Shown one piece after another: positions 22,701-35,020 of a stretch of 38,307 bases of DNA (position 1 is its first letter; each line of letters opens with the position of its first letter). Below the pieces are notes generated by a model. The model was not told where the DNA came from and searched no databases. It saw only the letters and a list, made by a program, of their open reading frames with translations. The stretch is from Octopus bimaculoides (taxonomy: Eukaryota). The stretch is from NCBI RefSeq assembly GCF_001194135.2, contig NC_068999.1, positions 19,623,031 through 19,661,337 of the forward strand. The letters are read 5' to 3'. Made by a program: the position numbers and the translations under genes.

Positions 22701-23201
22701 GTTAGCCAGCTGGAGGAGATGTCTTTCAGTGTGGCTATAAACAACAGTAGCTCCGTCCCCAATAGGTCCGACACATTTAGGTGGCAAATATACTTCACGA
22801 TTCCGTGCTACTACTGTTTACGCCTCGCTCAGAGATTTATTATTGCTCCATTTTCGAGATCAGAGACACTTTGTCACTGGAAAAGGCATATAGTATTTTT
22901 CGTTTGGAATCAGTTCTCATCCCTAGCTGTTGATTGTCACACGCTGATGACGGGTTACTACCCAGCCACCCGGGTCTTTGAGTATCACGTAAGGCTAGAA
23001 ATGGGAACGATGATTTCCATTCGCAAATACTAATCGGACACAGACAGTGTATCGTTAGCCAGCTAGAGGAGATGTCTTCTTGGCGCTATAAACAACAGTA
23101 GCATCGTCCCATATGGGAGAGCCACATTTAGGTGGAAAATATACTTCACGATTCCGTGCTGCTACTGTTTCTGTTTACGCCTCTCTCAGAGATTTATTAT
23201 T
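22701..23201. repeat. Dispersed direct repeat: ~145-bp copies at 22701-22844 and 23054-23201
   Basis: gttagccagct(g/a)gaggagatgtctt...ctataaacaacagtagc...cacatttaggtgg(c/a)aaatatacttcacgattccgtgct...cagagatttattatt occurs twice, 353 bp apart. Confidence 0.92.
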
Positions 23202-24854
23202 CCAAAAGATAAAATACACCAATTTAAGGGGATGCTGTATGGACAGGACAAATTGGAGTGTGATGTCTTGCTTAAGATTTATTCAAGCTTCTATGTGGGA
23301 AAGAGCTCCTTGAAAAGTTTCTCTGAGCAGTCTTTCGATAAAAATATTTTGTAATTTCCCATAGTACTTTACCTCAACTGGCTTGTAGATAACTAATGAC
23401 GTCCTTGTTTGATAATTTCCTATGAGAGCTTTCTTAGAAGTGATCTTTAAATTGTCGTTATAGTTTCTGTATTTGTTTTTATTAAAATATACACCATCGA
23501 TATGCTTTAAGGTCTTTTTCAATATTAAATTAGACTGAATTTCGGAAGTATGTTTTGTACTATTGCTGTTAAAATTTACAATGCTCTTTTTGTTATAGAT
23601 TGTCTTATTTTTTTCCTTTCATTGCAGCATAGTGTTTGTGTTTTTTTCCACATGTTCCCGTTGTCAGTACTGTGACTTGTGTTTAATATTTCACTGTTGG
23701 TGCAGTTGTCATGCTGGTGGTGACGGAGATAGTGTGTCTCAGATTTTCTGTCATTTTCTGTCATTGATATTGTTGTTTCTCAGGCATTTAAAAAATAATA
23801 ATTCTGCTGTTTCCAACAATGCTCTTGTGAATGTTATTGATTATGTTGCTACTGTATGTGTAACTTGTTGTTGTTTATGCTGCTGCTGATAGTTTGCGGC
23901 GTCTGCAGCAGTCACGACATAACAGTTTTCTTTATTTCGTGGTCAGAATGTTATTGACCTCCGTCTATACGGGGTGTTTGGCACTCTGCCATTTGCCTCA
24001 GTAAGGTATCATCATTTCAGTACATCTGAAGTAAGAGTCACCTGATATATTTATAGTTATCTCTTTCTGCTACTCGGTCATGTAGGCCTCTCCTTATCTA
24101 TAATCATGTTTGTTTTACACTTCCGGAATAAACATCATTTCAGTTCTTCTCCTTCTCTTCATCTTCGTCCTGCTCCTCCTCCTTCAACTCTTCATTTCGA
24201 CGTAAAACGGCTGTTATCAGGAAAGTGTTATCTATTTATAGCAAATCAACTAACAACTTCAATGTTGCTTCTTACACTGTTACATACCAGATGAAAAACT
24301 TATATCTTATGTCCAAGTGGAATTTTTCTTCGCAATGGAAAGTAACACCTCATGTTCATCAATCTCATAATACCTTCAGAAATCACAGGATGTTTTGCAT
24401 CCATTGATTTCTAACATTTCCAGGTATATTGCTAACAACTAAGTGTTTTTAGTGCGTATGCATTAGTATATCACTGTCAACCGTTGTTGGTTGAATGCTG
24501 TATGCGATCAGACTTAATTGATTTTGCGTGTAACACATACCTGACTACACGTAGTATTTTCTGTTATTTGTTTACTTTTTATTGTAAACATTTTGTTACT
24601 TGTTATGTAGGTCTTCGTAGCTGCATATTTTAGTTTCTTTCGGAGACTATTGTATTACAAGCAAAGTTGATGTCACTGACAAAGCGTGTATTTTTGCTTG
24701 GATCATAAAAAAAATGTTCCCCCCTAACAATGTTCTGAATGTTTTGGCCGTATGACATTTTGGATATAATGTTACACGTGATGTAGCTTCAAGGTTGTAA
24801 TAAATGGCCTTATTGTAGTTGAGCTAATGACGGCTCTGTAACTATTGAGATCTT

Positions 24855-24991
24855 GATGGCTATCAGGATTTGCTGTTTAGTAAATTATAATTGTTGGTCG
24901 TGTTCCACCTTAATTATGTCATCAGGATGGTCAACAGGATTTGCTGTTTAGTAAATTATAATTATTGGTCTTGTTCCACCTTAATTATGTC
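24855..24991. repeat. 71-bp tandem duplication (two copies)
   Basis: The 57-bp core at 24864-24920 differs from 24935-24991 at 2 positions. Confidence 0.92.
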
Positions 24992-25308
24992 GGCTTGATT
25001 GGTAGTTTATATACATCACCAATTTATACATCATTGCCAGTTCGTCTTCTAGTGGTCGGCTCACAAATTAATCGTCATATTTGTTGATTTTTTTGTTTTT
25101 ACTATAATTTATCTATTTATGTTATTTTATTACATATTTTGTTTATCATATATATGGATATATGGAGGAATGAAACTTTATTATATATATNNNNNNNNNN
25201 NNNNNNNNNNNNNNNNNNNNNNNNNNNNNNNNNNNNNNNNNNNNNNNNNNNNNNNNNNNNNNNNNNNNNNNNNNNNNNNNNNNNNNNNNNNNNNNNNNNN
25301 NNNNNNNN

Positions 25309-25384
<76 letters not shown>

Positions 25385-25673
25385 CATATATAATGTAGCA
25401 TAAATATTATAATAACAATAATTATAGGATGAAGTTTATAAGTATTTAATACCTCGCTATGCGCGTATTATCCGTGGGTATCCGCTTGACCGCTTGATCA
25501 TCATTGACCCATTTCGCCAGGCGATACTGCATACTAATACAGTATCCCCTGATCAAATGAATCACAGAGGGATATGTATCTCTTGTTGCCAGTATGAAGG
25601 CCAGTCTCGCTACGTGGGTATGGGTATTGCAGTCTGAACTTGGTGGGGGTAGGTATGTAATGGGAGGTATGTA

Positions 25674-26138
25674 ATGGTGGTGGCGGTGGTGGTGGTGGTG
25701 GTGGNNNNNNNNNNNNNNNNNNNNNNNNNNNNNNNNNNNNNNNNNNNNNNNNNNNNNNNNNNNNNNNNNNNNNNNNNNNNNNNNNNNNNNNNNNNNNNNN
25801 NNNNNNNNNNNNNNNNNNNNNNNNNNNNNNNNNNNNNNNNNNNNNNNNNNNNNNNNNNNNNNNNNNNNNNNNNNNNNNNNNNNNNNNNNNNNNNNNNNNN
25901 NNNNNNNNNNNNNNNNNNNNNNNNNNNNNNNNNNNNNNNNNNNNNNNNNNNNNNNNNNNNGAAGAAGAAGAAGAAGAAGAAGAAGAAGAAGAAGGAGGAG
26001 GAGGAGGAGGAGGAGGAGGAGGGGGGAGAAGTGGAGGAGGAGAAGAAGAAGTGGAGGAGGAGAAGAAGAAGAAGAAGAAGAAGAAGAAGAAGAAGAAGAA
26101 GAAGAAGAAGAAGAAGAAGAAGAAGAAGAAGAAGAAGA
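25674..26138. repeat. (GGT)n / gap / (GAA)n-(GAG)n compound purine-rich microsatellite
   Basis: Read directly. N gap at 25705-25960. Confidence 0.9.
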
Positions 26139-26149
26139 AATTGTAAGAA

Positions 26150-26342
26150 TGTTGACAATGAGGATAGTAACCATTTCCCCAGTAGTTGTATGGGTACTCG
26201 GAGCATTAAAATACAAGTACGAAAAATTTGTCAGAGTAATTGCAATTGACAAGAGAGCAGATCATGTTCAAGATCTGTTTTATTGGAGACACGAGAGATT
26301 TTGCCATTGGTGCTTCAGTGTTGAATATCTTCCACGTGAATG
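26150..26342 (+). mobile_element. 3'-terminal coding fragment of an RLE-type LINE (R4/Dong-like)
   Basis: Translates to VTISPVVVWVLGAL...HVQ and, after a frameshift, SVLLETREILPLVL. This matches the C-terminal PVVIGALG...QKSALLGTARILRxVL signature of restriction-like-endonuclease LINEs. Confidence 0.65.
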
Positions 26343-26514
26343 AACATCCAGATACCATGTATTAGGATTTAGGGAAGCGACTTTCTGAGTACTCTTGCAA
26401 ATGCAGTTTGGGGTATTGTCTTGCCTATTCAGGAGTGTTTCAACTGACAATTCTTTTTTAAGTATGGCATAAGTTAGTCGGTTCAGTTTAACACTATTCA
26501 CAGTAACTTGTATA

Positions 26515-26795
26515 CGTATGTATGTATGTGTGTATGTATGTATGTATGTATGTAACCATGTATCTATGTATCTATGTATGTATGGATGGATGGAAAGATG
26601 GATGGATGGATGGACGGACGGACGGACGGACGGACGGAAGGTTGGATGGATCGATCAATCGAAGGATGGATGGAAGAATGGATGGATGGATGGGTGGATG
26701 GATGGATGGATGGATGGATGGACGGATGGATCGATGGATCGATGGATCGATCAATCGATCGATCGTTGGATGGATGGATCCATCGATCGATGCAT
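26515..26795. repeat. Graded tetranucleotide array (TATG)n-(GGAT)n-(GGAC)n-(GATC)n
   Basis: Read directly. It explains the MDGW and PSIH ORFs. Confidence 0.92.
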
Positions 26796-27353
26796 TTATG
26801 TACTTTAGTTCCCACCAAGGGTTCAGCTGGAAGATATTCATTCAAATGTTCAATGCGATGAAATGCTACATTTATAATGACAGAGGAAGACCCTGAAACA
26901 TAATTGTAGATTGCGATTCGAGGGAATAGTTAGATCGTTGGCTGTAATGAAATATTTCATCACACACTTACGGAACTGTTATACCGCGAAGGTCTTCCGC
27001 ACGTATCATCTCCCATGGTATGGAAAGTCTTCACAATATCCGCTTCACATCAAAGAGAAGGCATGAATGAAGAACTAGCGTCCTATTTGCACAGAACTTG
27101 TATTTTATATTTTGCTTGATAATGCAACGAATATATGCATGTATGTGTCTTTGTTCGCACACAACGCGTGTCTCTGTGCACGCGTGTGTACATGTGTATT
27201 TATGTATGAGTGAATTTGGAGATGCCGTGTGATATTCCAGCTTATTTTCTTTACTAATGCTTTTTACACAAACTATAACGCGTTTTAAATTTGCAGATGA
27301 CTCCTTGTAATATATTACTGACGTATGCATTATTACGCATACATAAAACGACT

Positions 27354-27416
<63 letters not shown>
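27354..27416. repeat. (GATA)n microsatellite
   Basis: Read directly. Confidence 0.97.
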
Positions 27417-28278
27417 CCATGCTCCCTACCTACTCAACGGTTACTCTACCAGTCGTTACGACCCTGGAGCTTCTTGGATTTGTCATACGATTGTTGCATG
27501 ATATACGGTTGTTGAATATATTTGGAATTATATACATTGATATACAATCATATATTATTATCCGATGTACTTTCCAGTGGATGAAACTGCCAAGGCAATC
27601 TTCATATAAAACACAAAGTTTAAAAACAATCAAAATGTTGTTTTCGATTGTTTTTAATCATGACATTCCTCCATCGAGGTACTATTTATTGGGCATTATC
27701 TCACAAACCTTCATTGTCCAAATTTTGTGTGGTTTATCCTTGTCAGTCTGCAACAATATAAATACTATCTAGGTCGATATTCATATTTTTCATGGAACTG
27801 TTTTACTAAACCTTTGCCAAAGTCCCTGCTTTACTAAGCCTTTGCCAAATCTAGTCCTGCTGTCTTGAAAATGAGAAAACATTGCATTGTGTAGTCGCTT
27901 TAAGAGAGAAAGAACATTTGGTCAATGCTGCAATATTCACCATAATTAAGACGATTCTTAATATTTAATTTATTTTTGATTCATGTGTAACTGATTTTAA
28001 GTACCGAATACTGTGTGCCATATTTAATATTGATGATGCTGTCACTTTTAAATATCAAGATTTCGCAAATATTACTTAAGGGAACTATCATCATTATATT
28101 GAATTGCCAATTCTTTTGTTTAATTAATACCTTCTCTTTTGCCTTTAGCATATTCCTTGCATAAAAACGTCATGTTTATTTAGATTTGCAACTATAAGTG
28201 ATCATGGAAGCCTACCATATATCACAGCTCATATTAAGCAGTCATTGTTTTAACATATTCCATATTAAAGAATAACCG

Positions 28279-28450
28279 AAGGAGGCGAATTTGAAGAACC
28301 GTTAGCACGACGCGCAAAATGCTTAGCGGTGTTTTGCCTACATTCCCTTTCAAATCCCGACCCGGTTAACTTTGCATTTCGGAGTCGATAAAATGATAAC
28401 CACTAGATTACCGGTGTGGATATAATCCACTAACCCATCCTCACAGATTT
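28279..28450 (+). mobile_element. Degenerate SINE family 1 copy with internal deletions
   Basis: gttagcacgacgcgcaaaatgcttagcggtgttt...ttcaaatccc...ggagtcgataaaat aligns to the 1508/12404 copies. Confidence 0.65.
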
Positions 28451-29344
28451 GTACCGAAATCTAAACCAATATTAAAATATAAACTGTTTATCCTGAATTT
28501 GTGCTAAAGATAATTCGTTTATATTGTCTTACAACTAATTTTAATATACAAATCAAATTCTAGTGATAAATATCCCTTTAAAACCTATTTAATTATTTCC
28601 CAAGTTTATTATCATAGGCATTACAGTTTGCTATAAATACGGTCAAAGGTATGTAAAACAACCAATAGAATGCAAATAGTCGATTCACGTTTGGTGGTAG
28701 CTTTGTTAATTTTTGATACTTGGTTACTCGTTGTACATTATTTACGATGTTTATTACCCGACAATATTATACAAGTCTCAGATTTATGAGGGATATAGTA
28801 TATGTTTGATAAATTATTAGTATTTTAGATGCATTTCTGGTTGGTCACCGCAAATGCAGCCCCTACGTAATAACTTCATAAATTATTCATATTAAAATTG
28901 GTAAGTTTTGTAGCCTCAGTAGTATTAGTGATTCTAATCTGTGTGTGTAGCAATAGCATTAAGAGTAGCAAGAACGAATATGTCGGCAATAAATATTCAC
29001 TGCATAGCCTATTAATCACCAGCTCTTGCCTATATCAGATTTCTGTCCGATTAAAATATGACCGAATTCTTGATACCCATATTAAATATTAATATTTAAA
29101 ATAAACATTTTGGAATTATCACTGAAAACGTCATTAAGATTTATATATTCGTAAATTATTAAGATGGACATATTTGTAAATTTGTTATGAGAAAGAAATT
29201 AATAAATATAAATTAAACACATACTGAACTACTTTAGTATGTGTTTAATTTATAGTCATTAATTTCCTTCTGATAACCATAATACACGTACACACTAACA
29301 TACATACANNNNNNNNNNATATATATATATATATATATATATAC

Positions 29345-30330
29345 CGTTGCGTCTGGGGAGAGTCGTTCTCTTTTAGCGCGTTATAAGTTAACATAATTTT
29401 GGCCAAGGTGCTATCAAAGAGGTTGGCGCGTGTCGTGGAAGGCCCTATTGGTGAAGCGCAAACATGCACTATCCCATGCCGGTGGATAGACGACAACCCC
29501 ACCTCACACGCTACTCTTCAGAGAGGGTGAGTAACTCGCTGGCAAAGATGGGGCACTGGTGCATTTAGACCAGTCTAAAGCAGTTGATAGGGTCGACGAT
29601 CGGTGTCTGCCAGCGGTTCCTGAGGCGGCCGAGCTAGGCCCGACTTTCCGTTGCTGGATCGCTGCTTTGTACAACAACATCGAGTCTGTTGTCTGGGTGA
29701 ACTGTTTCTTCTCGAAACCGTTCAATTTCGAGCGCTCAGTCCGTCAGAGATGTCTCCCGTCTGAACTTGTGTAAGTGCTGGCTCTTAAGACATTACTGCG
29801 AAGGTGGAGGCGGTAGGGGGCGTTTCGCGTGATCTAAGGGGCAGAAGAACAGCTACTACGTACGCGGCTGACATTACCATCATCGTGTCTGATGTAGGGC
29901 AGCTATTGTAGAAAACGTCATCAAAGGATACGAAGCGTTGGCAGGAGTAGTAATTAATCAGGACAAGTCAGCTGACTTGCAACTCGGCACCTGGAGGGAC
30001 AACTTAATGCCATACAATAACGTTTTGGGACACTGGATGGAAGCTCCGATTAAGATGCAAGGGGTCTGGTTCGGTCCAAATCTCCAGATAGAGCAGGATT
30101 GGAGCGAGGTTATAAGCAGAGTGACTGCCCTAACACGGACCTGGTCTAGAATGGCTTTATCCCTGCTAGGATGGTGTTTATAGCATACGTTATCAACTAC
30201 GTCCTGACAGTCGTGCCTTACCCCAATTTCTGGTTGAACAAGCTGAACGACTCCTATTTCACTTTTTGTGGAAGGGAAGAGGACCACTTGTTAGGCGCTC
30301 TGTCTGCTGCCAAAAACCGTTAAAGAGTAG
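29345..30330 (+). mobile_element. Tx1/L1-like LINE reverse-transcriptase relic
   Basis: ILAKVLSKRL...GEAQTCTIP, LVHLDQSKAVDRVD, WIAALY, RSVRQRCL (cf. QGCP), YAAD at 29861-29872 (cf. YADD), INQDKS, GVWFGP, FLWKG. Multiple stops and frameshifts; GC is visibly higher than in the flanks. Confidence 0.92.
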
Positions 30331-32280
30331 GTGAGTATGCACAAGTTCGCGCTCGGAAGGTTAATCGCACAAGGAGATAGGTGGCTTTAGAATAGTGAAA
30401 ATATAAAAAAGGAAGGAATTATACACATTTCCATACTTGACGCATAATGGGCACCAAATTGAAAACACCAAATTTTATTTAGCTATCTCGTCTATTGGCA
30501 ATTGTTGATATGCATTGTGCGTACCTTATATTTCAGAATATAGAGCAGAGAAGGATTGTAGAATGTTGGTAATTAGCTAAACCACCACTTTGCTAATTGC
30601 GCATGAAACAAAACCCTTCATCACACACTTTGTAACACTGAATACTATTGTATGGATGAAATTGCTAAACAAATTCTGCCCAACATCAACATAGATAAGC
30701 GGAACAAATGGTGACTAAGCTATCATAATTTGAATAATGAATGATATGAAAGAATGTAATTGGCATTCATTTTGTTTTCTGCTTCTAGACGAGTTCATAT
30801 CTGGAGACATCTCCAAGTAATCCCCAATACCGTAAATAGTGCAGGGGCACACCGATAATCCTGCCAGTTTTATTACGAAATTCTATTTGCCTACACTACA
30901 AAGCTGATCCAAAGACTAAGGATTTCAGTTTATCATGATATCACTGTGATACAAACATTGTAACAGATAGCAGTGAAACAACCCAGGAATATAATATTCC
31001 GATTCTCGAAGCTAAATTTACTTAAAATTGGTACGAAGAGCATGAAATTTAGGCGGATCACATGAAGAGAATACTCGCGTGAATATCAACAACTCTCAAT
31101 GAAATGAAACATTTAATCCGCCTTTTTGGGAAGAAATAGAGGCGACAGTAACTAAAGGAGCCGAAGCATGTTTTGTAGGATGACTGAAAAGTCATCTAAC
31201 GACCGTTTTCACATATGGGCCACTTCCATTTCTATCATATTCAGGTGGATCTTTATTGCCATGCAATATTTAAAAGATCCAATTATATTTTCATAATGAA
31301 ATATTAGGACTTTTAGAACAATTAAAATACTTTGTCTATTATAAACGCATGTCCACAAAATTCCGCATGGAATCTCAAATTTCATATGGCCCCGTTAGAG
31401 AAAAAACTGTGTACATGATGCATAGGTCAATTCCTTTATGTATGAAAAGGCTGTGGCTCAACGACGTATTAGATAATGAAATTTCAGTTTAACAAGGNNN
31501 NNNNNNNNNNNNNNNNNNNNNNNNNNNNNNNNNNNNNNNNNNNNNNNNNNNNNNNNNNNNNNNNNNNNNNNNNNNNNNNNNNNNNNNNNNNNNNNNNNNN
31601 NNNNNNNNNNNNNNNNNNNNNNNNNNNNNNNNNNNNNNNNNNNNNNNNNNNNNNNNNNNNNNNNNNNNNNNNNNNNNNNNNNNNNNNNNNNNNNNNNNNN
31701 NNNNNNNNNNNNNNNNNNNNNNNNNNNNNNNNNNNNNNNNNNNNNNNNNNNNNNNNNNTACATATTTCTGTATTTTCAAATTGTTAAGTAATTTCATGTT
31801 TCATGACAAACATCGGTAAATGTTTATCACCATTAAGAAACACCAAACGCGTTTCGTAATTAACAACAGTAGTACAATGCTTAACTTCTTCTATTAAATA
31901 CTTTTGGGCTAGCTCCAGTAAAAGGAAAATTAAGAAAGTTATTTTTAACCAATCAGCATGTGGCAAAAACGACACAGATTGATAAGGTGGTAACAGGTTG
32001 ACATGGATGACCTCAAAATCACACGCAGTATAGTTAAATTAGATTCTGTAAGCTTTAGGTTTCTTGAACACTAATGGATAGTATTAAAGTTGAAAATGTG
32101 AGCCGTTTTAAGATAGTTACATATCAGCCTAAAAGTAAATAAAAATTGAAAATATTAGTAGAATTAAAATAATACATGATGTGAATAATACACCGCTACA
32201 ACTATACATACATACATAGACACATATATAGATACATACAAACAAACATACCTAAATGTATATGTATGTATGTATATGTG

Positions 32281-32328
<48 letters not shown>

Positions 32329-33003
32329 GAATTAAATTTTAATTACCCTTTTATATTTGATCTAAGTACAAACATCTAAAATACGTGTGTTGGTGTAATT
32401 TACGTTTACGGATGAAAGACTCCTTTTTGTAAAAAAATAACAATAAAATAAAAAATAAAACAGGTGCAAAATTAAAATAAAAGGAAATGATCTATGATTT
32501 AGTTATTTTTTTATATTGTTTGAGTGTGTGTTCTTGTTTTTTGTAGAAATCACATACTACATTGCCCTGTCGCCACAGACGTGCATACAAAAAAATATAA
32601 ATATATAAATAATGGAGAATATGCATTTATTAAACGCCAACAATTGCCTCGGATAAGCAATAAGGTGGATTTCATTCCATAGATTAGTTAACTTATTCGA
32701 TTGGTTCATGGTCGATCGCAAGGAAATAGGATACAACTAACCTCCTATTATTACCTTCAGAGACGTCGTTGATTTATTACCAATACATTGGAATGTCATT
32801 TAGATTGTGTTATTGCAAATAAAAAAAAACAATCATATCATACGGATTAAAACACTTAGATATATTAAATCCTGTATATTTTCTTGGTCCAATACTAACT
32901 TAATGGTATATTTAATTATTTAATTAGATTAAATTATGAATGGTGTCTCGCCGATTTATTTCTACTAATTTTAATGAATTTATTTTAAGGAAAGATAGAT
33001 AGA

Positions 33004-33075
33004 CTGATTGGTTGACTGATTGATTGAGTGATTGATTGATTGATTAATTGATTGATTGATTGATGGATGGATTGA
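33004..33075. repeat. Imperfect (GATT)n tract
   Basis: Read directly. Confidence 0.85.
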
Positions 33076-33859
33076 TCGAAAGATAGAATCTTTATAAACA
33101 TAGAATATGAGGCAAAAGGACATAAATAAACGTTAGTAAGAGGAGTGTGTGTGTATTAGTACATGAAATTTCGGCTATTTAATAACCCATTAATGTTAGT
33201 GTCAACACTGGAATCCATTCTTGCTTAATCATATTAGTTAATGCAATGAACACTGCGGATCCTCTCATGGAATTCTCATCAATAGCCACGATTCTCATTA
33301 CATTAACTAATATGAGTAATTAAGTAGTGGAACTGACACTAATGGAATATTAAGAGACACAAACACACTTATTTTATGTATGCGTGTATGTATGTATGTA
33401 TTCATGTATGTGTGTATTTATGTATGTATGTATGCGTGTATGTATGTATGCATGTACGTGTTTATGTATGTATGTATTATGTAAGTATATGTATAAATGT
33501 ATGCATGTATGTATCTATGTATGAACCTCTATATCTACCTATATATATATATANNNNNNNNNNNNNNNNNNNNNNNNNNNNNNNNNTATATAAGGTGTAT
33601 GTGTTCATGTCTTTGCACTCACACATACTGACACACACGCATATATAAATATATATACATGCATGTATGTTTGTGTGTGTGTGTATATATGTGTGTGTCC
33701 AAGGATGTACGTATGTATTTGTATTTTTGCGTGTATTGATGCAACCACGTTTGTAGCAATTTATTTTAGCTATACATGGGTTATGTCCAGCGTTAATAAT
33801 GTCGATACCTTATATATTAGTATATATGACATCCTTTAATCATCGATTATGAAGTCATA

Positions 33860-35020
33860 AACTGAGTGTGTCCTTCAGGCTTTCACATCTACTTCGAAAC
33901 CTCACGTAATATACATTGCCGTCAAAGCGTTCGACAACGATGATTACAATATCCTCCGGTCAAATGGTTCCAATTTCGAAATCCTTGGAAAATTGTTTCA
34001 CTGCATTAAATATTTATTGGTGAATAGAACACAGCATTTTGCATTCAATGGAATCTACTCTACCATGGCAATTGTCACCGGCGGGATCCCACCAGGTAAC
34101 TAGGGTTTTTTTGTTTTTCCACTCCTCTTTATTTGCGGTATGTACGACTTGTTTCAACTGTCATCCAAACACAGCAAAATAATCGCTGTTGACACGGAAC
34201 TCCAGAGAATTATGAATGGAGAAAACAGAATTGATCTCCCGTTTGATCTACATGTTGTAAGCTAACAGGAGAGCAAAAGCAACATGCAGTTAAGTGAGGA
34301 ATAGTTTTCAATCACGCATTTGTTAAAAAGAATGCGCTTAAATAACCATATTCTATCCTTCAGGGCAAGTTCGCATATCATCCAATAATATCAGGGACTT
34401 AGGAGTAATTCTGGACAACAATTTCGGGTTCAGTGCTCATATAAATGATAATGTAGCTATGGCTCGGATGATGAGCTCCTGGATCCTGGCTTACCAAACC
34501 AGAGAACATGTTATCTTTATTCTGATTTGATTCTAATTTGCACAGCCATACCTAGAAGACTGCTGTTCTCTGCGGTCTCCCCAAACCACACAAATTATTT
34601 TGAGAATTGAGCCCGCACAAAAACAATCACTTATGAAATAAAGCAAAACTGATTTTGATTTCCTAATCTACTTTAAAATATTGTTAATGTATTCTCTCCT
34701 GTGCCACGTGAGTGCTACATTATTTGTACTGTGAGAAGAATATAGCGTTCAAACGACTTTAACAAGAAATTCAGATTTCCGACACAGCTGGGACTACGTG
34801 CCATGCACCCCTACACATTCAGATTCACAAGACATGAATCCACTGCAATGTATATTCTCCAATACTACCTGCTCTGTTTAGGGTTAGCCTTAAGAATATA
34901 CAATAAATAAAATAAAACGATCACCTTCAAAAGAAGGCTGGATGAATTTCTCCAAGGATACGAGATAAAACATCTATACTTGGATACGTCCCCAACAACA
35001 ACTCCCTTTTTGAATGGACT
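33860..35020 (+). mobile_element. CR1-like LINE, RT and 3' end relic
   Basis: VIYIAVKAFD (cf. VIYLDFAKAFD), NRTQ, TGGIPPG...PLLFI (cf. SGVPQG..LGPLLF), AVDT (cf. ADDT), NMQL, RDLGVILD, YLEDCCSLRSP (cf. LEYC..WSP), FKRRLDEFL, NNSL. Heavily decayed. Confidence 0.85.

Noticed and set aside
23200-24600. Possible LINE ORF1 or zinc-knuckle remnant on the minus strand
   Set aside because: Low-complexity sequence with no complete CCHC or other diagnostic motif.
25540-25600. HTGNKRYISLCDSF on the minus strand as a C2H2 zinc-finger linker
   Set aside because: The first Cys is missing, the spacing is wrong and a stop follows. No neighbouring fingers.
30770-30860. Strong polypyrimidine acceptor (ttttgttttctgcttctAG) followed by a short segment
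   Set aside because: All frames close within about 25 codons and the only donor-like site is weak. Not supportable without transcript data.
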